Positions 31,245 to 41,779 of a DNA stretch of 64,000 bases are shown here, piece by piece; within the stretch, counting starts at the first letter, position 1; each line of letters opens with the position of its first letter. Under the pieces are notes generated by a model. It had not been told where the DNA came from. It saw only the letters and a program-made list of their open reading frames with translations, and did no database searches. The position numbers and the translations under genes are program-made. This DNA is from Blastocatellia bacterium (lineage in GTDB: Bacteria; Acidobacteriota; Blastocatellia; DASRDY01), in the NCBI GenBank assembly GCA_035652355.1, contig DASRDY010000285.1, positions 24,300 to 88,299 of the forward strand. The letters are read 5' to 3'.

Positions 31245-32471
31245 TTAATGACTTGCCAGTTTGGAAATCAACTTGAACAGTGGCAGGTACATTGCAATAA
31301 CGATGCTGCCGATGGTGATTCCCAGGAATCCGATCATTGCTGGCTCTAACATTGTCAACATCGATTTGACCGCGGTGTCCACTTCCTGTTCGTAGAAATC
31401 AGCGATCTTCGATAACATCGCATCCATAGCGCCAGTCGCTTCGCCGACGCCGATCATCTGCGAAACCATCGCAGGGAAGATCTGGGATGCCTTTAACGGC
31501 TCGACCATGGTTTGACCGCGTTCGATTGCCAGGCGGACTTTGCGGACCGCTTCCATAATTACAACGTTACCGGCGGTTCGACTGGTTATGTCCAATGACT
31601 CGAGGATCGGTACGCCCGACGAGAGCATCGTAGCCAGCGTTCGCGAGAATCTGGCAATTGCGATTTTTTTGAGCAGCGGTCCGATAATCGGAGCCTTCAG
31701 CATTATTGTATCAATGGTTTTGCGCCCACCGTCTGTTTTGTAGTAGGCCTTTATGCCCATTATTGCTGCGCCGATTACCAGGGCAATCAGCCACCAGTAA
31801 GACGCCATAAATGCGCTGATGGCAACGACAATCTCTGTCGGCAACGGCAGTGCCTCACCAGGGCCGACCATCGATTCGAAAATCTTTCTGAATGACGGAA
31901 TAACCCAGATCATGATTACCGCGATAACACCGACCGAGATCACGATGACCGATACCGGATAAATCATTGCCGATTTGACGTCGCCCTTCAACTTGACCAT
32001 CTTTTCGATGTAGACCGACAGTCGTTGCAGCACGATGTCCAGAATACCTGCGGCTTCACCTGCCGCCAGCATGTTCACATACAATGCCTCGAAGGCTCGT
32101 GGATGCTTGGCTGCGGCGTCAGACAGCGTCATACCGGCTTCGACGTCTGCACGGACTTGACCCAGGACAGCGCGGAATGTTTTGTTTTCCTGCTGCTGGC
32201 CTAACAGGTCCAGGCATTGCACCAGCGGCAAACCGGCGTCGATCATAATCGAGAACTGACGGGTAAATATCGCCAGGTCTTTATCCGGCACCTTCTTACC
32301 GCCGCCGCTCAGTTTCGGCAGAGCTATCTGTTTGCCTTTTTCGCGCGCGTTGGACAGTACGATCTGTTCTCTGCGCAGCATCATCTCCAGAGCGCCGCGA
32401 CTTGGCGCCATTCGCTCTCCGGATACGACTTCGTTAAAACGATTGCGACCTTTAAATACGTAAGTTGGCAT
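31245..32471 (-). CDS. pilC: Type IV pilus inner-membrane platform protein PilC (GspF family)
   Basis: Two GspF repeats with 3 TM segments. Follows pilB and pilT on the same strand. Confidence 0.9.
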   Translation of the reverse strand: MPTYVFKGRNRFNEVVSGERMAPSRGALEMMLRREQIVLSNAREKGKQIALPKLSGGGKKVPDKDLAIFTRQFSIMIDAGLPLVQCLDLLGQQQENKTFRAVLGQVRADVEAGMTLSDAAAKHPRAFEALYVNMLAAGEAAGILDIVLQRLSVYIEKMVKLKGDVKSAMIYPVSVIVISVGVIAVIMIWVIPSFRKIFESMVGPGEALPLPTEIVVAISAFMASYWWLIALVIGAAIMGIKAYYKTDGGRKTIDTIMLKAPIIGPLLKKIAIARFSRTLATMLSSGVPILESLDITSRTAGNVVIMEAVRKVRLAIERGQTMVEPLKASQIFPAMVSQMIGVGEATGAMDAMLSKIADFYEQEVDTAVKSMLTMLEPAMIGFLGITIGSIVIAMYLPLFKLISKLASH

Positions 32472-32677
32472 GCTATTTCACCTACACTACAAGGCAGATT
32501 CCAATTCTTTTCAGGTTGCAGGGATTCAGTGCTGTTGCTGTTCCCCTTCTTCTTTGTTTTCTGTTCGGGGCGACCCTGAACATAAACTTGCTTTCTGGTT
32601 CTCTCTCGAATACTTCTTTCGCGATCATCCCGCGATTTTGTTCGTAAACATTCGTTTCAAATAACGCGAATTCGCTG

Positions 32678-33859
32678 CTATTTTCCAAGCCTGCTAAACG
32701 GCGCGCCCTGCGGTCGCGGGGTGCTTGGCGGAGGCATCTGTGCGCCGCCTCCACTCTGTCTTGCGCCACCTCCGTGAATCAGTCCCGATCCACGGTTTAT
32801 CAACTCCTGTAATTCTTCCTGGTTCGATGATCTCGCCAGAGCCAGTTCCAGGGTAATCTGTTTTTGCATATACAGGGTCGCCAACGATTGGTTCAGCGTC
32901 TGCATCCCGTATTTTTCCTGACCGGTCTGCATCATCGAATAGATCTGGTGGATCTTGTCTTCTCGGATCAGGTTACGAACGGCTGCGTTCGGAATCAGGA
33001 TCTCCATCGCCATCACACGACCACTGCCGCTGGTAGTTGGCAACAGCGTCTGGCACATTACACCTTCCAGAACCAGTGAAAGCTGAGTTCGGATCTGCGC
33101 CTGCTGGTGCGAAGGGAAGATGTCGATGACGCGGTTGATGGTCGAATATGCCGAATTCGTGTGCAGCGTTCCAAAAGTTAAGTGACCAGTCTCTGCAATT
33201 CGCAAGGCAGATTCAACAGTTTCAAGGTCGCGCATTTCACCGATCAGCACGACGTCCGGATCCTGACGAAGGGCGGCTCTAAGCGCGTTCGAGAACGATT
33301 CCGTGTCCGCATGGACTTCGCGCTGGTTAACCAGACAACTCTTGTGCGGATGCAGGAATTCGATCGGGTCTTCGATTGTCAGAATGTGCTCGTGACGCTC
33401 CATGTTGATCTTGTCGATCATCGCGGCCAGCGTCGTCGATTTACCCGAACCAGTAGGACCGGTGACAAGGATCAAGCCGCGTGGCTTTTCGCAAAGCTTT
33501 TGCACTACCGGCGGCAAACCCAGGGCATCGAAGCTCTTGATTTCATACGGAATAACGCGGAAAACTGCGCCCACCGCGCCGCGCTGGTTAAAGAGGTTGG
33601 CTCGGAATCGGGCAACGCCTTTGATGCCGAAAGAGAAATCGAGCTCCAGGGCCTCTTCGAATCTGTGCTTTTGGGAGTCAGTCAAAACGGAATACGCAAG
33701 CTGCTTGGTATCGACGGGCGTTAGCTCTGCATAGCCCACCAGTGGTGATAAATGTCCGTGCACCCGGACTTGAGGTGCAGAGCTGGTCGCCAGGTGCAAG
33801 TCTGATCCACCCATTTCGACCATCTTCTTTAACAATTCGCTGAGCGACAGATTAGGCAT
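32678..33859 (-). CDS. pilT: Twitching-motility retraction ATPase PilT
   Basis: Walker A GPTGSGKST. PilT-type Asp box and His box. The C-terminus is rich in Gly/Pro/Gln. Confidence 0.9.
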   Translation of the reverse strand: MPNLSLSELLKKMVEMGGSDLHLATSSAPQVRVHGHLSPLVGYAELTPVDTKQLAYSVLTDSQKHRFEEALELDFSFGIKGVARFRANLFNQRGAVGAVFRVIPYEIKSFDALGLPPVVQKLCEKPRGLILVTGPTGSGKSTTLAAMIDKINMERHEHILTIEDPIEFLHPHKSCLVNQREVHADTESFSNALRAALRQDPDVVLIGEMRDLETVESALRIAETGHLTFGTLHTNSAYSTINRVIDIFPSHQQAQIRTQLSLVLEGVMCQTLLPTTSGSGRVMAMEILIPNAAVRNLIREDKIHQIYSMMQTGQEKYGMQTLNQSLATLYMQKQITLELALARSSNQEELQELINRGSGLIHGGGARQSGGGAQMPPPSTPRPQGAPFSRLGK

Positions 33860-33876
33860 AACAGCAGTTGTCCCTT

Positions 33877-35649
33877 TCAGTATTTGACCGTTTCACGCAG
33901 AACTTCTTCGACCGTTGTGACGCCGCGACGCAGTTTCTCCAAACCTGAGCCGCGAAGCGACAGCATTCCTTCTTCGATAGCTTTCTTGCGCAATTCCAAA
34001 GCCGATGCGCCGATCAGTATCAGTTCGCGCAATTCGTCCGTAATTTCCATGACTTCGTAAAGACCGATTCGGCCTCTATAACCGGTGTTATTGCAGTTGC
34101 CACAGCCTTTGCCTTTAAAAGTCTGAATACTTCCCGCCTCGTCTTTCGAAAAACCCAGGTCCACTAGTGCCTGCGGTGGCGTATGTTGAACTTCTTTGCA
34201 CTGGGGGCAAACGCGACGGATCAGTCTCTGAGCCTGAATCAAGTTGACCGAAGTCGCGACCAGGAATGGTTCGATACCCATATTCATCAGTCGGCTGATG
34301 GTTGATGGCGCGTCGTTCGTGTGCAGAGTCGAGAGCACAAGGTGACCGGTGAGTGCTGCCTTCACAGCGATTTCCGCCGTTTCAAAGTCTCGGATTTCAC
34401 CGACCAGGATGATATTGGGGTCCTGACGCAGGAAAGATCTCAAGGCAGCGGCGAAATTGAGTCCGATCTGTTCCTTAATCTGAACCTGGTTGATACCGGG
34501 CAGATTGAATTCGACCGGATCTTCCGCAGTCATAATGTTAGTGTCGATTGTATTCAAACTCGACAGGGCAGAGTACAAAGTGTTTGTCTTACCAGAACCG
34601 GTAGGACCGGTTACCAGCACCATTCCGTATGGCTTCACGATGTTCCGCTGGAAACGGGCGAGCGAATCCTCTTCAAAACCAAGCTTGGTCATATCAAGCA
34701 TCAGTTTGTCTTTATCAAGGAGTCGGAGCACGATTTTTTCGCCGAACAGAGTTGGCAGCGTCGAAACGCGGAAGTCGAGCTCGCGCGAACGATCATCGAG
34801 TTTGACCTTGATCTTAATACGTCCGTCTTGCGGCAGTCGCTTTTCAGCGATGTCAAGTTTGGACATGATCTTGACACGCGAAGTCAGCGAATCGCGAAGC
34901 TTGAGCGGCGGGTTCATTATGTTGTACAGGACGCCGTCAATACGGTATCGAATGCGAAACTCTTTTTCATAGGGCTCGATGTGAATGTCTGACGCTCCGC
35001 GTCTGAGCGCATCGACCAGAACCACGTTTGCCAGTTTGACTACCGGAGCTTCTTCCGAAGATCTTTCGAGAGCTGCAATGTCGATTTCGTCTTCTTCGTT
35101 GAGAACGTCGAGAGTTGGTTCTTCGAACTCGTCGAAATCGACCGTCATCGTCTGCTGGCCAAATCCGTCAGTCGGACCTGAGGCAGGCGAGTCAGTTCCC
35201 GGGCGGGCAAGCTCCAGTTCGCGCGTTGCGCCGTAGAACTTTTCAAAGACAGCCTGAAATGCAGCTTCAGAGACGATGACAGGCTCGACAGAGAGCCCGG
35301 TCATGAACTTGATATCATCAATGGCGAAAACGTTGGTGGGATCGACCATCGCCAGGGTGAGCGTCGCTCCAACCCGTGACAACGGCAGAACCATGTATTT
35401 TGCCGCAACATCCTGCGGGACCAGCTTTACTGCTGTGCGATCAACTTCAAAAAATGACAGATTGACAGAAGGAACGCCATATTGCCGGCTGAGGTGCCTG
35501 GCGATCTCGTTATCTTCAATGATTCCAAGTTTTACAAGTGTTGTTCCGAGTCGGCCACCGTTTGTCCGCTGATATTCCAGAGCTTCTTTTAACTGCTGAG
35601 CCGAAATCAGGTTCTCGCGCAGTAATGACTCGCCCAATTTCGTTGACAT
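33877..35649 (-). CDS. pilB: Type IV pilus assembly ATPase PilB (GspE family)
   Basis: N-terminal T2SSE_N domain. Walker A VTGPTGSGKT. Tetracysteine C-x2-C…C-x2-C zinc motif near the C-terminus (CPQCKE…CGNCNNTG). Confidence 0.9.
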   Translation of the reverse strand: MSTKLGESLLRENLISAQQLKEALEYQRTNGGRLGTTLVKLGIIEDNEIARHLSRQYGVPSVNLSFFEVDRTAVKLVPQDVAAKYMVLPLSRVGATLTLAMVDPTNVFAIDDIKFMTGLSVEPVIVSEAAFQAVFEKFYGATRELELARPGTDSPASGPTDGFGQQTMTVDFDEFEEPTLDVLNEEDEIDIAALERSSEEAPVVKLANVVLVDALRRGASDIHIEPYEKEFRIRYRIDGVLYNIMNPPLKLRDSLTSRVKIMSKLDIAEKRLPQDGRIKIKVKLDDRSRELDFRVSTLPTLFGEKIVLRLLDKDKLMLDMTKLGFEEDSLARFQRNIVKPYGMVLVTGPTGSGKTNTLYSALSSLNTIDTNIMTAEDPVEFNLPGINQVQIKEQIGLNFAAALRSFLRQDPNIILVGEIRDFETAEIAVKAALTGHLVLSTLHTNDAPSTISRLMNMGIEPFLVATSVNLIQAQRLIRRVCPQCKEVQHTPPQALVDLGFSKDEAGSIQTFKGKGCGNCNNTGYRGRIGLYEVMEITDELRELILIGASALELRKKAIEEGMLSLRGSGLEKLRRGVTTVEEVLRETVKY

Positions 35650-36149
35650 TTCCTCTTCAGCTCCTAAATTGCTGTTATTGTTTTGTTAATGCTCTCAGGC
35701 GCGACTAGTTCCTCAGCGGAGCAAAAAGCCCACCCCGATTCTCATATCGGCAGGAACCTTGAAATGGTTAGAACAAGAAATAAGGTTGCGCGGCCAAACC
35801 TGACACGGGAAATTTATCGTCCGACGGATTGCGGAATCCCGATAAACGACCAGGTATGGTGGTTATCGGCAAAGTGATAATCGTGGCGTAGACTTTAGCC
35901 TGCGCCAAATATCGAACTTCCCGGGATCAATGGAAACAGCTCATGTGTGCCATTTTGTATCACAAGAAATCGAGTTTTGTTAAATGGTGTCACACTGTCA
36001 CAGCGAAGCGAAGCGCTTTACTTTCTATAGTTAAGGCTGTGACACCCCAGCGTGACGCTCAAAATCAGGGCCCAAGTGATGCCACGAGTTTGCGCGTTCG
36101 GGGATTCGATGCTATTAGTTCTAAAACCTGATTTCTGGAGATCGATGTT

Positions 36150-36602
36150 TTGGACACAAACAGCATAATCGGCCAGTTGAAAGATTTAAGCTCAGCCAGC
36201 GGCAATCGCGACGAGACTCTTAAAGAAGCCGTCCGTCTGATCCACGCCAGCAACCCCAGATACAACTGGACTGGCATTTATTTGCTGGAGGGCGACACCC
36301 TGGTTCTGCACAATTATATTGGGAAGCCAACCGAACACACCCATATACAGGTCGGAGTCGGTGTATGCGGAACCGCAGTAGCTGAAACTAGGGATATTAA
36401 TGTTGAGGACGTGACAAAACTCGATAATTACCTGGCCTGCAGCCTTGAAACGCGAGCGGAAATTGTTGTTTTAATTAAAGATAGCGAGAAGATTTACGGT
36501 CAGATAGATATCGATAGCGACACGCCAGGAGCCTTTACAGACCATGATGAGCAATTCCTTGGTAAAATAGCCGACCACCTCGCCACGATTCTTGGCGTTT
36601 GA
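36150..36602 (+). CDS. GAF-domain protein resembling free methionine-(R)-sulfoxide reductase (fRMsr/MsrC-like)
   Basis: The 150-aa GAF fold carries the conserved …GVGVCGTAVAE… cysteine motif. Confidence 0.75.
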   Translation: MDTNSIIGQLKDLSSASGNRDETLKEAVRLIHASNPRYNWTGIYLLEGDTLVLHNYIGKPTEHTHIQVGVGVCGTAVAETRDINVEDVTKLDNYLACSLETRAEIVVLIKDSEKIYGQIDIDSDTPGAFTDHDEQFLGKIADHLATILGV

Positions 36603-36783
36603 CGTTGCTAACACATTGTCCTTTCGAGACATCTTTATATCAGAGTGCTGGAAACCTTGAGCAGACTTGAATTGGAGCCTGCTGCATAAAATCCAATCGG
36701 CACATTATTTGAAAACATTTTCAATTCACCTGTCGTAAGACGGTTTGTTCCCAGCAGGTCAATCTGACCGGAAGCCCAGTGTT

Positions 36784-38028
36784 ATGAAAAGCGTTTATTC
36801 ATTTTATGCAGACGCCGCCATTATCGCTTTGCAGTCAATTCTTGCGCACAAGCTCCGTGCATTTCTAACACTGATCGGAATAATTATTGGCGTCGCATCG
36901 GTGATTCTGGTAGCCGCCTCGATTGACGGTCTCAACTCTTATGTGACGGAAACCGTTTCCAAGGTTCTGGGTGCTAACCATTTCATGATCTCAAGGATTG
37001 CATTCGTCGGGAATGTTTCTCAAGAAGACTTCGAGAAGATGGATCGCCGCAATAAGCGCCTGACCTGGGAGGATCTGGACTGGCTGATTAACGAATGCAC
37101 CACGTGCAGCGAGGTCGGGGCAGAAGCCCAAACCAGACGCGACCTGAAGGAAAACGGCCAGGACTTATTCGGTACTCAGATTATCGGTGACACAGCTAAT
37201 ATGGCGGAAATCACCGACAAAACCATTTCTGAGGGCCGATTTCTGCTCCCCCACGAGGTTACTCATTCGGAATGGGTTTGCGTTATCGGCAACGACGTTC
37301 GCGAGAAATTCTTTCCCGGACAGAATCCCATCGATAAGACAGTGAAAATTGACGGGATGCCGATGCGAATTGTAGGCGTCGAAGAGAAGCGCGGCACAAT
37401 GTTCGGCAATTCGCTGGACAACATGGTGTACATACCGTTAACCAGTTTTGAGCGATTGTTCGGTCGGCGCTGGACTCTGCAGCTTCACGGAAAAGCCTCC
37501 AACCACGATGACTTCCAGTCAACTATCGAAGAAGCGCGAATGTCCATGCGCATCAAGCACAAGCTGAAGAGCAACGAAGAAGATGACTTCGGTCTGGTCA
37601 ATGTCGAGCAGGTTAACAATCAGGTTGATCAGTTCACCGGCGCAATCGCAACAGTAGTTGTCCCAATAACTTTTATCTCTCTCGTTGTCGGCGGCATTGT
37701 CGTGATGAACATTATGCTGGTCAGCGTCACGGAGAGGACTTTCGAAATCGGTCTTCGCAAAGCGCTCGGAGCCAGAAAAAGGCAGATACTGCTCCAGTTT
37801 CTGATCGAGTCATCATTTTTAACGACCGTTGGAGGTGCGATCGGTATTTTGGCCGCGATAGGAATTGCCAGGCTTATTACGTATGGGACCGGGATAACTA
37901 TGACGGTAAGTATTTTTTACGTAGTGCTGTCGGTGGCATTTTCGGGCGGAATCGGGATTATCGCTGGCCTTTATCCGGCTATGAAAGCCGCGAAACTGGA
38001 TCCGATCGTAGCTTTAACCAAGAACTAA
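36784..38028 (+). CDS. FtsX/MacB-like ABC transporter permease (single MacB-periplasmic-domain plus FtsX unit)
   Basis: N-terminal TM helix, periplasmic domain, 3 C-terminal TM helices and the tail …[13 protein letters not shown]. No ATPase or membrane-fusion-protein gene nearby. The likely ATG start at 36784 is preceded by GGAAG. Confidence 0.8.
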   Translation: MKSVYSFYADAAIIALQSILAHKLRAFLTLIGIIIGVASVILVAASIDGLNSYVTETVSKVLGANHFMISRIAFVGNVSQEDFEKMDRRNKRLTWEDLDWLINECTTCSEVGAEAQTRRDLKENGQDLFGTQIIGDTANMAEITDKTISEGRFLLPHEVTHSEWVCVIGNDVREKFFPGQNPIDKTVKIDGMPMRIVGVEEKRGTMFGNSLDNMVYIPLTSFERLFGRRWTLQLHGKASNHDDFQSTIEEARMSMRIKHKLKSNEEDDFGLVNVEQVNNQVDQFTGAIATVVVPITFISLVVGGIVVMNIMLVSVTERTFEIGLRKALGARKRQILLQFLIESSFLTTVGGAIGILAAIGIARLITYGTGITMTVSIFYVVLSVAFSGGIGIIAGLYPAMKAAKLDPIVALTKN

Positions 38029-38038
38029 CGGTGCATCG

Positions 38039-39298
38039 ATGAAGATCAGGTGGAACAGATTCTTTCCGATTGAAACAATACTGATGGCACTCGCCAACCT
38101 GCGCGGAAACAAATTCCGTAGCATACTGACGGTGGTCGGCATCGTCATCGGTGTGCTGACGGTTATCGTGATTGCCTCGCTTTTGACAGGCGTTCGTAAC
38201 AATATTGTTCAGATCGTCGAAGAATATGGCGTCAACAACATCTATGCATTTCACCTTTCAACCGGACCTAGGATCGGAAATCGCGATCGAAGTGAATACA
38301 AGCGGAAACCGTTAACCTCAGAAGACGGCGACGTCATAAGGGCGCAGGCAAGCGCGGTGGAAGATGTTGCGAACACCGCTTTTGTTTGGGGAATCGACAA
38401 TACGATCTCTTACAACGGATTTACGTACAAGCAAGCCGATCTTCAGGGCGCGTCACCGAGTTATGCCCGGGTAGCCAACCTGTCGATTCGCGAAGGACGC
38501 TTTTTCAACGACATCGACGATGATCACCGGCGCAACGTGATGGTCCTGGGTGTAAACGCCGCCAACGCTATGTTTCCCAACAGCTCGAAAATCGCGGGCT
38601 CTGAAGTTCAGATGGCCGGCAAAACCTGGGAAGTCGTCGGTGTGCTGGAAAAGAGGAAAGGTTCGTTTTTTGGCGAAAATGAAGAGGACAACTTAGTCCT
38701 GATACCATTCCAAACCGTTCGCAAGCTTTCAGCGCGCAGTGACTTCGTAATGCTGGTTATTCGAGCAAAGACGGGGCAGTTGCCTCAGGCCATGGATCAG
38801 ATCGAAGAGATACTTCGGCGGCAGCGCGGTGTAAAATTCAACGAGCCAAACAATTTTGATCTCGGAACCGCTGACCGTTTCATTGAGCAGTTCGATAGTA
38901 TATTCGGAGCGATTGGTCTGATCGCCATTGCGATCTCCAGCGTTGGATTGCTGGTCGGCGGAATCGGCGTGATGAATATCATGTTGGTCAGTGTGACAGA
39001 GCGTACACGCGAGATCGGCGTGCGCAAAGCTATCGGCGCCCGTCGCCGTGACATAGTGAGTCAGTTCCTGTTTGAAGCAATGACATTGACTTTTATGGGT
39101 GGCTTGATTGGAGTCGTTCTGGCCATCGGAATCAGTTACCTGTTGATGTTGCTGCTGCCAAGCCTGCCGGCTTCGATTCCATTGTGGGCAATAGTCGCGG
39201 GGCTTGGCGTGTCAATCGCAGTCGGTTTGATCTTTGGTGTTTGGCCTGCGAGGAAGGCATCTCGACTCGATCCCATCGAGGCGCTTCGTTATGAATGA
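38039..39298 (+). CDS. FtsX/MacB-like ABC transporter permease (second unit of the tandem pair)
   Basis: Same architecture as the upstream gene. Tail …ASRLDPIEALRYE. The gap between the two genes is only 10 bp. Confidence 0.8.
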   Translation: MKIRWNRFFPIETILMALANLRGNKFRSILTVVGIVIGVLTVIVIASLLTGVRNNIVQIVEEYGVNNIYAFHLSTGPRIGNRDRSEYKRKPLTSEDGDVIRAQASAVEDVANTAFVWGIDNTISYNGFTYKQADLQGASPSYARVANLSIREGRFFNDIDDDHRRNVMVLGVNAANAMFPNSSKIAGSEVQMAGKTWEVVGVLEKRKGSFFGENEEDNLVLIPFQTVRKLSARSDFVMLVIRAKTGQLPQAMDQIEEILRRQRGVKFNEPNNFDLGTADRFIEQFDSIFGAIGLIAIAISSVGLLVGGIGVMNIMLVSVTERTREIGVRKAIGARRRDIVSQFLFEAMTLTFMGGLIGVVLAIGISYLLMLLLPSLPASIPLWAIVAGLGVSIAVGLIFGVWPARKASRLDPIEALRYE

Positions 39299-39323
39299 AG
39301 TAGCGCCAACGTCTTCGATCGCG

Positions 39324-39692
39324 CTACTTTTGCCAGGCGGACAGCGCCAGCAAAAACCATCCTGCCAAAAACAGTAATCCTCCGATCGGAGTGATTGCGC
39401 CCAGCCACCGGGTTCCAGTTATACTCAAAATATAAAGGCTCCCGCTGAAGAAGACGGTCCCCAGCACAAACGCCCATCCGGCCCAGGCGGTTAGGCTGTT
39501 TTGCCGATGAACATATGCCCAGGCGACCGCGAGCAGCGCCAGCGCGTGATACATCTGATACCTCGCGCCTGTTTCAAAAACGGTAAGCATCTCGGGACTG
39601 ATACGACTTCTTAAACCGTGAGCGCCAAACGCTCCCATTGCGACTGAGATCAAAGCGGAGATGCTTCCAAGAGTGAAGAAGGTTCTATCCAT
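39324..39692 (-). CDS. DUF423-family small membrane protein
   Basis: GAFGAHGL…FETGARYQMYHALALL matches the DUF423/YgdD signature. Start taken at MDRTFF. Confidence 0.6.
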   Translation of the reverse strand: MDRTFFTLGSISALISVAMGAFGAHGLRSRISPEMLTVFETGARYQMYHALALLAVAWAYVHRQNSLTAWAGWAFVLGTVFFSGSLYILSITGTRWLGAITPIGGLLFLAGWFLLALSAWQK

Positions 39693-39747
39693 ATGGGAAT
39701 ACCTCTGAGTTTGCATGAGCCGCTTGAAATCTTAATCCCACACGGCG

Positions 39748-40536
39748 TCAAACCAAAGTGTTTCTGACGTAAACGGCCGGTAGAAGTTCGCCTGGCATTG
39801 GATCGTTTGCGTATCGCACTGCTTCGAGAAAGAGACCGGAAGGTGGCGCAGTCCATTTCGCCGTAGTCGAGGACTTTGTCGTGAGTAACTCTTTGATTGC
39901 ATCCGGCTTAATTTCGTTGCGGCCGATTTCGACAAGCGTCCCGACTACCCGCCTGACCATCTTCCACAAGAAATGCGAGGCTCCGATGCGAAACAGGATC
40001 AAGTCACCGCGCCATCCGATCTCACAGTGCGTCACCTCAACTAAGGTCGAAGATTGCTGAGCCGGAGATTCGGTAAACGACGCGAAATCGTGACGTCCAT
40101 GAATATGAGCAACAGCATTCTGCATTGCCTCAACATCTAATTTATCTTTGATCCACCAGACGAAAGGTTTTGCAAAAGCCGTTCGGCGCGTTGCGATCTG
40201 GTAGATGTAATAGCGTTCAACAGCATCATGCCTGGCGTGAAATCTGTTAGGGACCTCCACAACGGAACGGATGCAAATATCTGCCGGCAGTCGATCATTC
40301 AATTCGTGTTGAAACTTTGTGGATGGAACAATCTTTAATGCTTTGAGGTGCGCCACCTGGGCGAGCGCGTGTACTCCAGCGTCGGTGCGACCGGCGCCCG
40401 CAATGTCGACCTTATCGCCTAAATAAGCCTCGGACGCTTTACGGAGTTCTCCCTGGATTGTTCGAGCATTCGGCTGCTCCTGCCAGCCGTGATAGCGAGT
40501 TCCCTGGTACTCGATTGTCAGTTTCCATTTTGGCAT
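39748..40536 (-). CDS. truA: tRNA pseudouridine(38-40) synthase
   Basis: MPKWKLTIEYQGTRYHGWQEQP… and the catalytic Asp context GRTDAGVHALAQVAH. Confidence 0.85.
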   Translation of the reverse strand: MPKWKLTIEYQGTRYHGWQEQPNARTIQGELRKASEAYLGDKVDIAGAGRTDAGVHALAQVAHLKALKIVPSTKFQHELNDRLPADICIRSVVEVPNRFHARHDAVERYYIYQIATRRTAFAKPFVWWIKDKLDVEAMQNAVAHIHGRHDFASFTESPAQQSSTLVEVTHCEIGWRGDLILFRIGASHFLWKMVRRVVGTLVEIGRNEIKPDAIKELLTTKSSTTAKWTAPPSGLFLEAVRYANDPMPGELLPAVYVRNTLV

Positions 40537-40558
40537 TCGGAAGGTGAGTCTATCACAT

Positions 40559-41533
40559 CTAACTGGCTAATCGCTTTGCCTCCAATTGTTGATAAACCGG
40601 CATTACCCATTTCTCAGTCATCTGGCGAACAAACTCTGATGCCTGTGATTGCTTTGCTTTGGTGTCGTCGGTGTACGGCGCGGATGGCCGCTTTGCGTGT
40701 AGAGTTGAAACCTTTTTCATAGCTTCGATCTCTTCGGCCGAAAATTCCGATCGAAAGACGGCTGGCAGATCCGTCAAGACAAAGTCAGGCAACTGTCGAT
40801 AATTTACCAGAACTGTTTTATCGTCGAGATGATCCAGACCGGCCTGACAGAATCGATTGAGACAAATAGCCAGATACTCTTCAAAGCGCATTTGAAAGAC
40901 AGACTGATAGTCTAATCCCAGGATTGCCGGATCGACCGCTGATGGCAGGAATTTCCCGGCAATTTCGTTCAGATTCGAAACCATTACCGGAACAGGATCG
41001 CGATAAAGGAATATTCTTGGGACATCAGGAAATGCCTGCTTGATCAATGGCAAATCAAGAACTGCCCAGTTATCGAACTTGACGAAGTAGCGATGCTCCT
41101 CACTGAATCGTTTTTGACCAAGAGCGCCTATAAGGCAGCGCAACAGCTCTACTCGTTGTTCATTTGAGAATTTCCTGGAACTTGCATTCGAACTGAAGAC
41201 CGCATCGACAATTTCCGGTTCCGAAATGACAACGTTTTGTGACGATGTTGCCAGCATCTGGGAGATTAACGTCGAGCCGCATCGAGACATATGGAAAATG
41301 AATCCAGTAGGCCGCAGTCCAGGATAGGTTTCGCAAAATTCCGTTAACTGCTCGATGCTTGTCTGATGCCTGAATAAAACATTGAACGGTCGTTGCAACA
41401 GCGACTCGACTGTGTCCTTGAAGAAAGGAAGCGTGAACCGCCTGTCGTAGGCGTAGCACCAATCAATCATTTGCTGCCCGTTCCTGGCATAAGATTGGAT
41501 TGGAATCCAACCTGCCAGCTGGTGGTGCTTCAC
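40559..41533 (-). CDS. PAPS-dependent sulfotransferase-family protein
   Basis: 5'-PSB loop FIFHMSRCGSTLISQML and 3'-PB motif LYRDPVPVMVS. The GTG start overlaps the stop of the upstream small ORF (GTGA). Confidence 0.75.
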   Translation of the reverse strand: MKHHQLAGWIPIQSYARNGQQMIDWCYAYDRRFTLPFFKDTVESLLQRPFNVLFRHQTSIEQLTEFCETYPGLRPTGFIFHMSRCGSTLISQMLATSSQNVVISEPEIVDAVFSSNASSRKFSNEQRVELLRCLIGALGQKRFSEEHRYFVKFDNWAVLDLPLIKQAFPDVPRIFLYRDPVPVMVSNLNEIAGKFLPSAVDPAILGLDYQSVFQMRFEEYLAICLNRFCQAGLDHLDDKTVLVNYRQLPDFVLTDLPAVFRSEFSAEEIEAMKKVSTLHAKRPSAPYTDDTKAKQSQASEFVRQMTEKWVMPVYQQLEAKRLAS

Positions 41534-41739
41534 TGATCGAGCCGCCTTTCAAACCATTTTCGCCTGCTTTCTCGGTACGCGGCCGCGACATCTTCCGCCG
41601 TGAAGCTGTAACCGCGCTGATTACCTGATTGGACGGTCAATTCGACGAACGCATTGTAGTCACGTTCGTTTCTGAGAATTTCCTGCAGTGCCACATCTTC
41701 CAGCACGAGCTTACGAAAATTTTCTAATTGCTCGGACAT
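41530..41739 (-). CDS. Nif11-like domain small protein with Arg/Tyr-rich C-terminal tail
   Basis: MSEQLENFRKLVLEDVALQEILRNERDYNAFVELTVQSGNQRGYSFTAEDV matches the Nif11 leader-like domain consensus (MSEeqLkaFlekv..D..LQekL…vv.lAkeaGFsfTaeeL). It is followed by AAAYRESRRKWFERRLDQ. Confidence 0.55.
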   Translation of the reverse strand: MSEQLENFRKLVLEDVALQEILRNERDYNAFVELTVQSGNQRGYSFTAEDVAAAYRESRRKWFERRLDQ

Positions 41740-41779
41740 TGTGTTTAAGACCGAAGTTTTATCGAAGGGAATTCAAGTT

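Noticed and set aside
33182-35572. Plus-strand ORFs of 98-223 aa overlapping pilT and pilB
   Set aside because: These are antisense ORFs within well-supported ATPase genes. Their translations are low-complexity Arg/Ser-rich.
35650-35940. Sigma-54 (-24 GG / -12 GC) promoter upstream of pilB
   Set aside because: I searched both orientations for TGGCAC-n5-TTGCW. Only a lone TGGCAC on the minus strand, without the -12 element, was present.
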